Part shown: positions 25,944 to 33,537 of the stretch, in pieces
How positions within the stretch are numbered: position 1 is the first letter of the stretch
Layout: each line of letters starts with the position of its first letter
Origin: a virus
Lineage: Duplodnaviria > Caudoviricetes
Direction: 5' to 3' (one strand)
Length of the DNA: 55,589 nt
Virus record (IMG/VR): IMGVR_UViG_3300043400_000016
Location: 1 to 55,589 of that record
Program-made: the position numbers and the translations under genes
The notes under the pieces: generated by a model
Seen by the model: only the letters and a program-made list of their open reading frames with translations
Databases searched by the model: none
Told to the model about the DNA's origin: nothing

Positions 25944-26435
25944 ATGCAGCCGACATATCGTGAAAGACGCGCCAAAGTATTAGAATACTTAGGGACCGAG
26001 TGTGCCCATTGCGGTAGCACTTCACGCCTTGAGATAGACCACATAGACCCAAAATTAAAGTCTTATGATGTAGGCGCTAGACTAAAGTGGGCAAATTGGA
26101 ATGATCTTGTCCTTGAGCTAGCGAAGTGTCAAGCTTTATGCCATGAATGTCACAAACAAAAATCAATAAAATATCATGGGCATTCGCCGGTTAAAGGAAC
26201 TCACGGAACAACTTCGAGTTATAAATATTGCAAATGCCCTTTATGCAGAAAAGCAAAGTCAGACTACAACGCGGAGTACAAGACAAGGAAAGGATTGCGC
26301 ACCGGGACTAAGCCACGCACCGGACTTGTGCATGGGACATGTAACGCATATCAGTATTACGGCTGCCGCTGTGATTTATGTAAAACGGCAAAACATGAAG
26401 CGTATAAAGCTAAGCGAAATGGTATGTCTGTGTAG
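25944..26435 (+). CDS. HNH endonuclease with two HGT..Y..CxCxxC Zn ribbons
   Basis: CAHC...LEIDHIDP...KCQALCHECH; ORF track start 25914 (TTG), ATG 25944 more likely; stop overlaps tRNA-Phe. Confidence 0.85.
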   Translation: MQPTYRERRAKVLEYLGTECAHCGSTSRLEIDHIDPKLKSYDVGARLKWANWNDLVLELAKCQALCHECHKQKSIKYHGHSPVKGTHGTTSSYKYCKCPLCRKAKSDYNAEYKTRKGLRTGTKPRTGLVHGTCNAYQYYGCRCDLCKTAKHEAYKAKRNGMSV

Positions 26436-26502
26436 CTCAGTTGGTAGTAGCGCTGGTTTGAAAAACCAGAGGCCGTAAGTTCGACTCTTACCACAGACAC
26501 CA
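26426..26502 (+). tRNA. tRNA-Phe(GAA)
   Basis: CTGGT-TT GAA AA-ACCAG, GTTCGACTC, ACCA end. Confidence 0.9.
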
Positions 26503-26573
26503 CCCGACTACGAATGCTGTGTTGACTACATTTAAGGAAAACCGTCAATGCAATTTTTGTCGTAGTCTTTTAT

Positions 26574-26647
26574 GGGCCGTTCCTCCATTGGTAAGAGGCG
26601 TGATTTTCAATCACATAAAGAGGGTTCGATTCCCTCACGGTCTACCA
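26574..26647 (+). tRNA. tRNA-Glu(TTC)
   Basis: GTGA-TT TTC AA-TCAC, GTTCGATTC, ACCA end. Confidence 0.85.
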
Positions 26648-26678
26648 CATTACAAGGCAAACAGTGTTTGCTCAACAT

Positions 26679-26750
26679 GCTCGTATCGTCCAATGGTAGT
26701 GACGACTGATTCTCAGTCAGTAGACCGGGGTCCGATTCCCCGTACGAGTA
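26679..26750 (+). tRNA. tRNA-Glu(CTC), no encoded CCA
   Basis: ACTGA-TT CTC AG-TCAGT; T-loop TCCGATT. Confidence 0.85.
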
Positions 26751-26790
26751 AATATATTGACGGCGGTACTTGGTAGATTAGAACCAGCAT

Positions 26791-27309
26791 ATGGTTATAG
26801 ACTACTCCAGAAAATCAGCGCTCCTTCTAGCCGAATCTATTGGTTACATCATTAAAGAAGGCAACGTTTATCATCCGAAGAAAGTTACACCCGTAAAATT
26901 ATACCCTGTTGATGGGTACCCGACTTTTTCTGTCCGCTCTCGGACTCGTGGGATAAAGGGACTGGTGGCTGTACACCGCCTTTTAGCATACAGGAAGTAT
27001 GGTGACGCGGTATTTGACAATAACATAGAAGTTAGGCATCTTGACGCTGACCGATCAAATTTTAGCTACGAAAACATTGTTATAGGAACAGCTTTACAAA
27101 ACTCTTTAGATAAACCGACTTCTCTCAGACGGGCAGTAGCCATAATAGCGTCGTCGCATAAAAGAGTCCTATCCAATACCGACGTGGCTAGTATTCTTGA
27201 AATGAGAAAAAATAATAAAACTTATAAACAGATTGGCGCTATTTATGGCATATCTAAATCAACACTATCGTATCTTTTTAATAAATCTTATTACGCAAAA
27301 AATTTATAG
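26791..27309 (+). CDS. HNH homing endonuclease with C-terminal HTH
   Basis: VHRLLAY...EVRHLDADRSNFSYENI...QN; TYKQIGAIYGISKSTLSY. Confidence 0.85.
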   Translation: MVIDYSRKSALLLAESIGYIIKEGNVYHPKKVTPVKLYPVDGYPTFSVRSRTRGIKGLVAVHRLLAYRKYGDAVFDNNIEVRHLDADRSNFSYENIVIGTALQNSLDKPTSLRRAVAIIASSHKRVLSNTDVASILEMRKNNKTYKQIGAIYGISKSTLSYLFNKSYYAKNL

Positions 27310-27322
27310 TACTAATTAAGCT

Positions 27323-27396
27323 GTTCCCAGAGTCAGGCGGTACGACGACGCACTGTCACTGTGTAAGATCGGGTTCAACTCCCGATGGGGACGCCA
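27323..27396 (+). tRNA. tRNA-Asp(GTC)
   Basis: ACGCA-CT GTC AC-TGTGT, GCCA end. Confidence 0.85.
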
Positions 27397-27414
27397 CTTT
27401 TTAAGATTATTACT

Positions 27415-27489
27415 CGGCGGGTTGTCCGGTAGACACCACGCGCCTGATAAGCGCGTTGGAGGGTGGTCCGACTCCACTCCCGCCGACCA
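27415..27489 (+). tRNA. tRNA-Ile(GAT)
   Basis: CGGCGGG/CCCGCCG, CGCGC-CT GAT AA-GCGCG, T-loop TCCGACT, ACCA end. Confidence 0.8.
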
Positions 27490-27498
27490 TTTCAGTGT

Positions 27499-27572
27499 TG
27501 GCGGATCATATAATGGTATTATGGCCGATTGTTACTCGGTTCATCTCCGTTCGAGTCGGAGTCTGCCAGCCA
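27499..27572 (+). tRNA. tRNA-Asn(GTT)
   Basis: GCCGA-TT GTT AC-TCGGT, GCCA end. Confidence 0.9.
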
Positions 27573-27666
27573 GATGGCGTCTATGACGCCCGTGTGTCTC
27601 ACGTTAAACGGTCATCGGGTATGCTCCGCCCATAAGGATGACAGGGAGGAAAGACTCTCACGTTTT

Positions 27667-27739
27667 GGGCGCTACTGTCATGGTGACGGTCGAGCTTTGC
27701 AAGCTTGCTGACGGGTCCGATTCCCCCGAGTGTCCACCA
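27667..27739 (+). tRNA. tRNA-Ala(TGC)
   Basis: G3:U70 pair (GGGCGCT/AGTGTCC), CGAGC-TT TGC AA-GCTTG, ACCA end. Confidence 0.85.
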
Positions 27740-27742
27740 TTT

Positions 27743-27814
27743 ACGAGACATGGCAGCGCACAGCGAGAACTCCAAATCCTTGCATGTCCGAATCAACACC
27801 GGGGTCTCGTGCCA
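27743..27814 (+). tRNA. tRNA-Trp(CCA), atypical D and T arms
   Basis: ACGAGAC/GTCTCGT acceptor, G73, loop CT CCA AA; shrunken D arm, T-loop ATCAACA. Confidence 0.65.
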
Positions 27815-27823
27815 TGCTGTTAT

Positions 27824-27899
27824 TGAGGAATGGCCTAACTGGTAAGGCAGCGCTCTCTGAAAGCGAAGATTAGTGGTTCGAGTCCACTTTCCTCAACCA
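27824..27899 (+). tRNA. tRNA-Gln(CTG)
   Basis: T1-A72, CGCT-CT CTG AA-AGCG, ACCA end. Confidence 0.9.
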
Positions 27900-27906
27900 T
27901 TCACAT

Positions 27907-27980
27907 TGACCCATTGCATAACGGTAGTGCCTCGGATTTTGGCTCCGATGGTCGGGATTCGATTTCCTGTGGGTCAACCA
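27907..27980 (+). tRNA. tRNA-Gln(TTG)
   Basis: T1-A72, TCGGA-TT TTG GC-TCCGA, ACCA end. Confidence 0.9.
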
Positions 27981-27986
27981 TTTCAT

Positions 27987-28062
27987 CTGAACGTAGCGTA
28001 ACTTGGCAGCGTACGAGTCTTGGGCACTCGCGGTGCGGGTTCAAATCCCGCCGTTCAGACCA
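27987..28062 (+). tRNA. tRNA-Pro(TGG)
   Basis: C1-G72, CGAGT-CT TGG GC-ACTCG, ACCA end. Confidence 0.9.
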
Positions 28063-28066
28063 TTTT

Positions 28067-28151
28067 GACAGAATAGCCTAGCGGCGAAGGCACTGGATTG
28101 CAAACCCAGCGGAGCAACCCCACATGAGTTCGAGTCTCATTTCTGTCTCCA
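28067..28151 (+). tRNA. tRNA-Cys(GCA) with long variable region
   Basis: Loop TT GCA AA, U73 (TCCA end), 14-nt variable region CGGAGCAACCCCAC. Confidence 0.85.
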
Positions 28152-28156
28152 GTTAT

Positions 28157-28220
28157 GTGTCTATAACTCAATCTGGTAGAGCGGTGCCGCAGGGCACATT
28201 GCGCGGCAGCTAGAGCGTCA
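28157..28220 (+). pseudogene. degenerate tRNA, probably a tRNA-His remnant
   Basis: 5' half GTGTCTA-TA-ACTCAATCTGGTAGAGC resembles tRNA-His; anticodon arm GTGCC-GCAG-GGCAC has a 4-nt loop; no T arm or CCA. Confidence 0.5.
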
Positions 28221-28240
28221 AAGATAAGAAAAGAAAATAA

Positions 28241-28315
28241 GCGTGTATAAGTCAACAGCTAGACCGGCAGTCTTCCAAACTGCAAACCCCGGGGCAGCAC
28301 CGGGTACACGCTCCA
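28241..28315 (+). tRNA. tRNA-Gly(TCC), atypical elbow
   Basis: GCG..CGC-TCCA identity, GCAGT-CT TCC AA-ACTGC; D-loop lacks GG, T-loop GGCAGCA. Confidence 0.8.
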
Positions 28316-28319
28316 TAAT

Positions 28320-28395
28320 GCTCCTGTAGGCTAATTGGAAAAACCGGTGGACTACGAATCCGTCATTCCACGTTCAAGTCGTGGCGGGAGCGCCA
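28320..28395 (+). tRNA. tRNA-Arg(ACG)
   Basis: GTGGA-CT ACG AA-TCCGT, GCCA end. Confidence 0.9.
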
Positions 28396-28398
28396 TAT

Positions 28399-28473
28399 GC
28401 CACCAAACCTTAGATAGCGAAGGACCGCACTTGTAATGCGGAAAGCGGGGTGCATGTCCTCGTGGTGGCTCCA
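28399..28473 (+). tRNA. tRNA-Thr(TGT), atypical elbow
   Basis: CCGCA-CT TGT AA-TGCGG; T-loop TGCATGT; TCCA end. Confidence 0.8.
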
Positions 28474-28478
28474 TTGAT

Positions 28479-28566
28479 GCTGACTTACCCAAGAGACCGA
28501 AGGGAACTCATTCGTAACGAGGCGAGAGAAATCTCCGCGTTGGTTTAAATCCAACAGTCAGCTCCA
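28479..28566 (+). tRNA. tRNA-Thr(CGT) with long variable arm
   Basis: GCTGACT/AGTCAGC, loop TT CGT AA, variable hairpin GAGA-GAAA-TCTC, TCCA end. Confidence 0.75.
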
Positions 28567-28569
28567 TAC

Positions 28570-28601
28570 GCACATCAGGCTTGCGCCCGAGATGTGCTCC
28601 A
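28570..28601 (+). ncRNA. acceptor-stem minihelix ending in UCCA
   Basis: GCACATC-AGGCTTGCGCCCGA-GATGTGC-T-CCA, spaced like a tRNA gene in the array. Confidence 0.55.
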
Positions 28602-28604
28602 AAA

Positions 28605-28678
28605 GGGTTGCGAGTATTCCGGCCATACATCCCGCTTTTAACGGGAGGAACCGTGTTCGATTCACGGGCGACCCACCA
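28605..28678 (+). tRNA. tRNA-Lys(TTT)
   Basis: TCCCG-CT TTT AA-CGGGA, ACCA end. Confidence 0.9.
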
Positions 28679-28679
28679 C

Positions 28680-28754
28680 GCTCTGCAAGCATACACGGAG
28701 ATGCATTGGTTTCTTAAACCAGGGAATTCGGTTCAAGTCCGAAGCGGAGCACCA
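28680..28754 (+). tRNA. tRNA-Lys(CTT)
   Basis: TTGGT-TT CTT AA-ACCAG, ACCA end. Confidence 0.9.
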
Positions 28755-28757
28755 CAT

Positions 28758-28831
28758 GCGAGATTATTTAAGCGGTAGAAAGCCTCTTTTACACTGAAGA
28801 AGTCGGGGTTCGATTCCCTCATCTCGCACCA
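28758..28831 (+). tRNA. tRNA-Val(TAC), weak anticodon stem
   Basis: GCGAGAT/ATCTCGC, loop TT TAC AC, ACCA end; two mismatches in anticodon stem. Confidence 0.75.
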
Positions 28832-28866
28832 CCACACCACCCGGCAAACCACAGAAAGATAAAATC

Positions 28867-29418
28867 ATGCCAGTCGGAAGTACAATAGTTCTCAACTGTG
28901 ACTACTCCTATCTTAGTATAAATGGATGGTATTCAGCCATCGGACTAATCCTCCGTGGTCGTGCTGCTCCACTGGCATCCTACGACTCCAAGATCCGCTC
29001 AGAGAAGTGGGAGATTCCTGCTCCCGCTGTTATCCAACTCAAGGAGATGGCTAATACTCGAAGGCGAAGGCAACCATTCACTTTACCCAGCCACAAGAAT
29101 GTGTGGGTGAGAGAGAAAGGACGCTGTGCCTACTGCGGAGTGAAAATGTCTCTGCGGGCAGCCACGAAGGAGCACGTACATCCTCGTGGTCTTGGCGGTC
29201 AGGATACTCTGCTCAACGTTGTGGCTGCTTGTGAGCCTTGCAACGGAAAGAAGGGTTGCAGGACTCCTGCTCAAGCAGGCATGAAGTTCCGTGAGGGCGT
29301 CGAGCTACGCCATCTGACTGATGAAGAGAAGTTGGAAGTCATCATGAAGACTTCTAAAAGCCACGAGCGTAATGCTTGGCTTAGCTTCTTGAAAAAGGAA
29401 GGACTGTCTTTATTCTGA
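28867..29418 (+). CDS. HNH endonuclease (McrA-like)
   Basis: IVLN.DY..L, NVWVREKGRCAYCG, TKEHVHPR..GG.DT..NVVAACEPCN.KKG.RTP. Confidence 0.9.
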   Translation: MPVGSTIVLNCDYSYLSINGWYSAIGLILRGRAAPLASYDSKIRSEKWEIPAPAVIQLKEMANTRRRRQPFTLPSHKNVWVREKGRCAYCGVKMSLRAATKEHVHPRGLGGQDTLLNVVAACEPCNGKKGCRTPAQAGMKFREGVELRHLTDEEKLEVIMKTSKSHERNAWLSFLKKEGLSLF

Positions 29419-29521
29419 CACTATGTCAGTGGGTTGCCAAGCGAGGCTGCCCGGTTATTAAGGCCGAATAAATTTGGGTTTTGTCACCCAGGCTAGATTA
29501 CCCTCTCGACTGACGAGACTT

Positions 29522-29558
29522 AAACACCCAGACTGATACTCTGGGTGTTTTCGTTATT
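29522..29558 (+). terminator. intrinsic terminator
   Basis: AAACACCCAGA-CTGATAC-TCTGGGTGTTT-TCGTTATT. Confidence 0.7.
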
Positions 29559-29759
29559 ATGAGAGGGTGGTGAAACGTGGTACGGTAGTGCGGTAGTGCG
29601 GCTGCACTCTATGAGTGCCCTACGGCCAATTGCCCAAGTGGGTGCGCTAGTATACGCGGGAACTAGACTCTCCGTTAGACACTGCCAACCAACCGCTAGC
29701 GATTGGCGCTGAGACAGTTGGCTTTCGTAACTGCGGTCATTATGCCCGAGCAACAGTTC

Positions 29760-29790
29760 ACCCTGGGAAACCCCAGGGTCTTTTGTTTTC
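29760..29790 (+). terminator. intrinsic terminator closing the tRNA/ncRNA region
   Basis: ACCCTGGG-AAAC-CCCAGGGT followed by CTTTTGTTTT. Confidence 0.8.
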
Positions 29791-29877
29791 TACGCAAACA
29801 CTGTTTGCATTCTAAGCCCTCAGAACGGTTGCACGCTGTGCTAATCAGGTACATTTAATGTTACCAAGGAATATGCC

Positions 29878-30030
29878 ATGGCCTTAGCCTCTACGCTTGC
29901 AACAAATCTAACTACTGGCTCAGGTGTCGTGGTTTTCGCTGGTGAGGCAACCAGCGTCGTTGTGTGGGATGTTACTAGTGGCGTCGGACGCGCCAACTTT
30001 AGCGTCAGTTTCTTCATCACTGAGGAGTAA
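29878..30030 (+). CDS. 50-aa hypothetical, possibly virion protein (not in ORF track)
   Basis: AAGGA RBS; MALASTLATNLTTGSGVVVFAGEATSVVVWDVTSGVGRANFSVSFFITEE*. Confidence 0.5.
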   Translation: MALASTLATNLTTGSGVVVFAGEATSVVVWDVTSGVGRANFSVSFFITEE

Positions 30031-30176
30031 CAATAGTAATGGGGGTGTCTGTGCGCCTTACTACTTATCAGGGGCTACCATGGCTTTATACATTTACCAA
30101 TCAACAGGCTTTCAAAACTTTATAACAAGTGTTCTACATCATCTTGATAGTTTTTCTGGTATCACTGCGGTAGTAA

Positions 30177-31013
30177 TTGACGGAGAACATCGTGGCAGAT
30201 CCCACTGAAGCTGTAACGGCACTGCTTGAACAACTTGGACAATGGAAATTACAAACCATTATTGCCGTGGCTATTGCTTCTCTTGGTGGTTATGTTCTTT
30301 TCTTGGCGCACCGCGTTGTCGAAAAATACATTGACATGCGAGCTACCGAAAGATCGGAAAAAACTAAAATTGAGCGGGCCAAGCTCTACGCCAAGAGTCA
30401 TGAAGATCTTACTATTGCAGTCAACAAGTTGGTAGAAGCACAAGAGCAGAATAATGCCCTTGTTGCTGATCTAGGAACAACCAACAAGGCTGTGCTGGCA
30501 ACCATGCGTGGGGTCATAAATCCGGCGGATAGCAGGAAGATAATAGAAGCTGAGTTGTGGTCAGTGGCCAAAGAATGTGTTCGTGCGTTCCAAGTCAGTT
30601 TAAGGGACAATCACTTCAAGGGCCGTGAAGATGCAATTGAAAAAAAGATGCGGCGTAGTGTGACTAAACTTTTGGATAGAGCTTTGAAGAAATTGCAGGG
30701 GTTTGACATGGCTGTCAAACCACACCATTTCTTTTCCCGCATGCCTGACCCACTGACATACTATTTAGAGGAGTCTATATGGAAAAGCATGGTAACGTTG
30801 TACCAGACTCCTATTAACTATAGTAAAGAAAAAGATGCAGAGTTTAGAGATCGTGTTGTTTACGACAGCATTATGTCTATAGTTCGCAATGAGCTTGTGC
30901 GTGCGCATAGCCGAGCCGACGACAAAGATTATATTGAAGACAGCGGATTCTACGATCCAGACCCTGTGTCCGACGAAGATACCGTGTCAGGATTCCATAA
31001 GTCTATTAAATAA
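30177..31013 (+). CDS. membrane-anchored coiled-coil protein
   Basis: TM helix IIAVAIASLGGYVLFLA then coiled coil; true start may be GTG 30192 behind GGAG. Confidence 0.7.
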   Translation: MTENIVADPTEAVTALLEQLGQWKLQTIIAVAIASLGGYVLFLAHRVVEKYIDMRATERSEKTKIERAKLYAKSHEDLTIAVNKLVEAQEQNNALVADLGTTNKAVLATMRGVINPADSRKIIEAELWSVAKECVRAFQVSLRDNHFKGREDAIEKKMRRSVTKLLDRALKKLQGFDMAVKPHHFFSRMPDPLTYYLEESIWKSMVTLYQTPINYSKEKDAEFRDRVVYDSIMSIVRNELVRAHSRADDKDYIEDSGFYDPDPVSDEDTVSGFHKSIK

Positions 31014-31061
31014 CCGCAAACATTGTTTGCAATAACTCGTGAATACACGAAAAAGGCTAAT

Positions 31062-31562
31062 ATGAAAGTCCTTATCAATCCAAACTCTCACCCGGTGTAC
31101 GTTCCTAATCTGGAAAATATAACCATTAATGTGTGCGTTTATCCTTGTAACTTTGGGTATGTCGCTCCGCCATTTGGGGTCACAGAGATAGAAATAACTT
31201 CGGACAAAGTTATAAATTTCTACAAACTTTGTGTCGCGACGGGCATGCTTGCCGTGCTGGACAAGGCCGAAGCTAAAGCCGAGGACATCAAGCCGCTGCA
31301 CGATCCCGTAACCAATCCTAACGATGAAACTAGTATTAAAGACACCGCAGTCGAGCCAACCACTGAGGCGAATCCCTCTGCTGAGCAATCTATTGTCGGT
31401 ACCCGTAATGTGATCTCTGAGGAAGACCCAGAGGTGCGCCAAGAAGAGACTACTGAATCGCATAAAACTGTTCCGGTGACTGGAACTGTGCAGGAAGAAA
31501 AAAAGAACGAGCCGGTTGTTAAGCAGGACAATAAGCGTAGGCTCGTAATCAAGCGTAAGTAA
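31062..31562 (+). CDS. hypothetical protein with acidic disordered tail
   Basis: ORF track 31023-31562; ATG 31062 behind AAGG. Confidence 0.65.
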   Translation: MKVLINPNSHPVYVPNLENITINVCVYPCNFGYVAPPFGVTEIEITSDKVINFYKLCVATGMLAVLDKAEAKAEDIKPLHDPVTNPNDETSIKDTAVEPTTEANPSAEQSIVGTRNVISEEDPEVRQEETTESHKTVPVTGTVQEEKKNEPVVKQDNKRRLVIKRK

Positions 31563-31581
31563 CTCAACAATGGAATAGCAG

Positions 31582-32385
31582 ATGAGTTCTGACTTCACTT
31601 CAATAGCGACTCTCAAGACTTCCATAAATGTTGAACTTGGTGGCTTAAGTGTAAACGTAGAACTACAGGATATTCATTACGTACGAGCTATCAGAGACGC
31701 TTGTGATGTTTTGACTCGGTTTAAACCCAGAACTAACGCTATCTATCAGCCGTACTCATTTGGGCAGCATAAATATATTTTTGATCTTACTCAGATGCCT
31801 GGGTTCATTGACATTGCTCATGTAGACTTCGTTAAACCGGAACTAACTGGTTCCGGTATTCTGTTGGAAAATCCTTTCCGTTTAGACACCGTTATCGGTA
31901 TGGGAATGGGCACTGTTACCCTAGCCTACGGTGACTTCGCTCTGTCTCTTGCTAGAATCAAAGAGGCCCGCAGAGTTTTTTCTATTGAGCCCCAATGGAC
32001 AGGGCAATGGGAAGTTGATAACTCAACTGGCACTCCTCGGCGCATCTATGCCTTGTATTTAAGAATGCCTGACCCAGCACTAGCCCTAGCATACGATGTT
32101 ACTGTATTCTATAATGCCCGGTATGAGGCTTCCGACGATCTGATAATGGGCATCCCAGCTATTCCCTACCAACATCAAATTTGGTTTAAGAAGTACGCTA
32201 TTGCACGGGCTAAAATTATGCTTGGGCGTATTCGTAATAAGTTCAAGGGCATCCCAGGCGCTGAAGAGGGATCCTCGTACGATCTAGACGGTGAAGATCT
32301 CCTAAAAGAAGGAAAAGAAGAAACTGAAGAGATTGAGCAAATGCTGATGGAAACTAGAGCGCAGATCGCGCCAGTAATGGGATAA
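31582..32385 (+). CDS. neck/head-tail adaptor protein (T4 gp13-like)
   Basis: LGG..VNVEL and WFKKYAIARAK..LGRIR.KF..IPG......LDG..L..EG.EE. Confidence 0.8.
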   Translation: MSSDFTSIATLKTSINVELGGLSVNVELQDIHYVRAIRDACDVLTRFKPRTNAIYQPYSFGQHKYIFDLTQMPGFIDIAHVDFVKPELTGSGILLENPFRLDTVIGMGMGTVTLAYGDFALSLARIKEARRVFSIEPQWTGQWEVDNSTGTPRRIYALYLRMPDPALALAYDVTVFYNARYEASDDLIMGIPAIPYQHQIWFKKYAIARAKIMLGRIRNKFKGIPGAEEGSSYDLDGEDLLKEGKEETEEIEQMLMETRAQIAPVMG

Positions 32386-32389
32386 TATT

Positions 32390-33085
32390 GTGCGCCTAGC
32401 CGATATATTAACGTTACACTACGTTGACGCTCAAAACTATCTCCGCGAGGAAATAAAAAGGTCCATTGTAGATAAAAGTGTTTCCAGACTGTTTGATTCA
32501 AAACGCAATTCACGTATAGCTGATATAGTTACAGACCATGGGTTAAAAGTCGATTCCATAAGCAACATATCCGAAACTACAGAAGCTGAGGGACCAGTAA
32601 AGATACTTCAGTATTATGTAGAATACGGATCAACTGCCGGCATGTCTTCCATTGGTATACGGGCGTTATCATGTCCTGAAAGTGCTGGCAGGGACTGCCA
32701 AGCCATTCCGCTTAAGAACGTTATGCTAGGGCGTACATCTAGCATAGTTGAATCATTGAACGCCAAGGGCAGAACGCCTTGGGTGTTATCTGGTAAGTCC
32801 CTAATTAGTGGCGATCAAGTCCTTTATTTGGATCCTCGGTATGGCTGGTACCATTCTGAAATTGGTTCTGCGGCAGCAATCATTGAAAATAGGATTCTTC
32901 CATTAGTTAACGACTACTGGGATGTTTTGACAAAAAATGATTGGCAAACAGTGTTTGAGGGATCTCTTCGCCCAGCTACAAAAGTCAAAAGGACAAACGG
33001 CTATGGCTTTGAAGTTAGGACTAAAAACGAGTCTTCAGTTGGACCGGCTTCGTCCTCGCGTCAATCGCGTGGAAATCGTAGCTAA
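32390..33085 (+). CDS. hypothetical protein
   Basis: 231-aa ORF in neck cluster. Confidence 0.6.
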   Translation: MRLADILTLHYVDAQNYLREEIKRSIVDKSVSRLFDSKRNSRIADIVTDHGLKVDSISNISETTEAEGPVKILQYYVEYGSTAGMSSIGIRALSCPESAGRDCQAIPLKNVMLGRTSSIVESLNAKGRTPWVLSGKSLISGDQVLYLDPRYGWYHSEIGSAAAIIENRILPLVNDYWDVLTKNDWQTVFEGSLRPATKVKRTNGYGFEVRTKNESSVGPASSSRQSRGNRS

Positions 33086-33144
33086 GTTAATAAAAGTTCT
33101 TCGTACAGAACTCACGCCAGAAGAACTGAAAAAAGTAATAACCA

Positions 33145-33537
33145 ATGTTGAACCGCGAAAAACTAGAAAAGAAGATTCTGGAGAATATAAAAAACGCGGA
33201 TATGACGAAAGCGGTAAAACCGATATTCGACCGACTAAAAAACGATTTGAGGACGTTCGCCCATACAGCCCCGACAAGTGAACGGGATAAGATGCGGCAT
33301 TACGCCGAGTCCTTGGAACTTGTAAAAACTGACGATGGATTTGTCATACGCTCTAATTACTTAGTGCATTCTGAGGAAGAAGATAATAAGGCCCGGGATT
33401 TAATGGAGTACGGTAGTGCTAGCGGAGGCATCCCAGCTACCAACGCCTGGGCAAATTTCCGCAATCAATTAATCGCAGCTAAGAACGATATCGCTGAGAC
33501 TGTAGGTAAAAAACTATTTGAAGGATTGTTTTTATGA
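33145..33537 (+). CDS. hypothetical (possible tail-completion/neck) protein
   Basis: ARDLMEYGSASGGIPA..W resembles the EYG....P motif of HK97 gp10-like proteins. Confidence 0.5.
   Translation: MLNREKLEKKILENIKNADMTKAVKPIFDRLKNDLRTFAHTAPTSERDKMRHYAESLELVKTDDGFVIRSNYLVHSEEEDNKARDLMEYGSASGGIPATNAWANFRNQLIAAKNDIAETVGKKLFEGLFL

Noticed and set aside
24110-26790. Theta (HDV-like) ribozymes behind the CCA-less tRNAs Leu(TAA) and Glu(CTC)
   Set aside because: Trailers are short AT-rich spacers with no nested double pseudoknot
27590-27663. Pistol-ribozyme-like start CGTG-loop-CACG-TTAAA
   Set aside because: The pseudoknot partner, GCG junction and GU cleavage site are not in the required order
29423-29461. 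Third leader peptide MSVGCQARLPGY* before the terminator at 29522
   Set aside because: No RBS or promoter, and the candidate antiterminator does not overlap the ORF end; likely chance
29510-29576. Hammerhead-like CTGACGA ... GAAAC
   Set aside because: No stem II closing between the two core strands; the intervening sequence is better explained as a terminator
29420-29790. tmRNA, RNase P RNA or group I/II intron
   Set aside because: No tRNA-like termini, no GAGGAAAGTCC, and no recognisable P7 or domain V
16847-29845. CGGTTGCAC...CTAA as a late-promoter motif (16847, 29826)
   Set aside because: Only two good copies with different spacing; insufficient support
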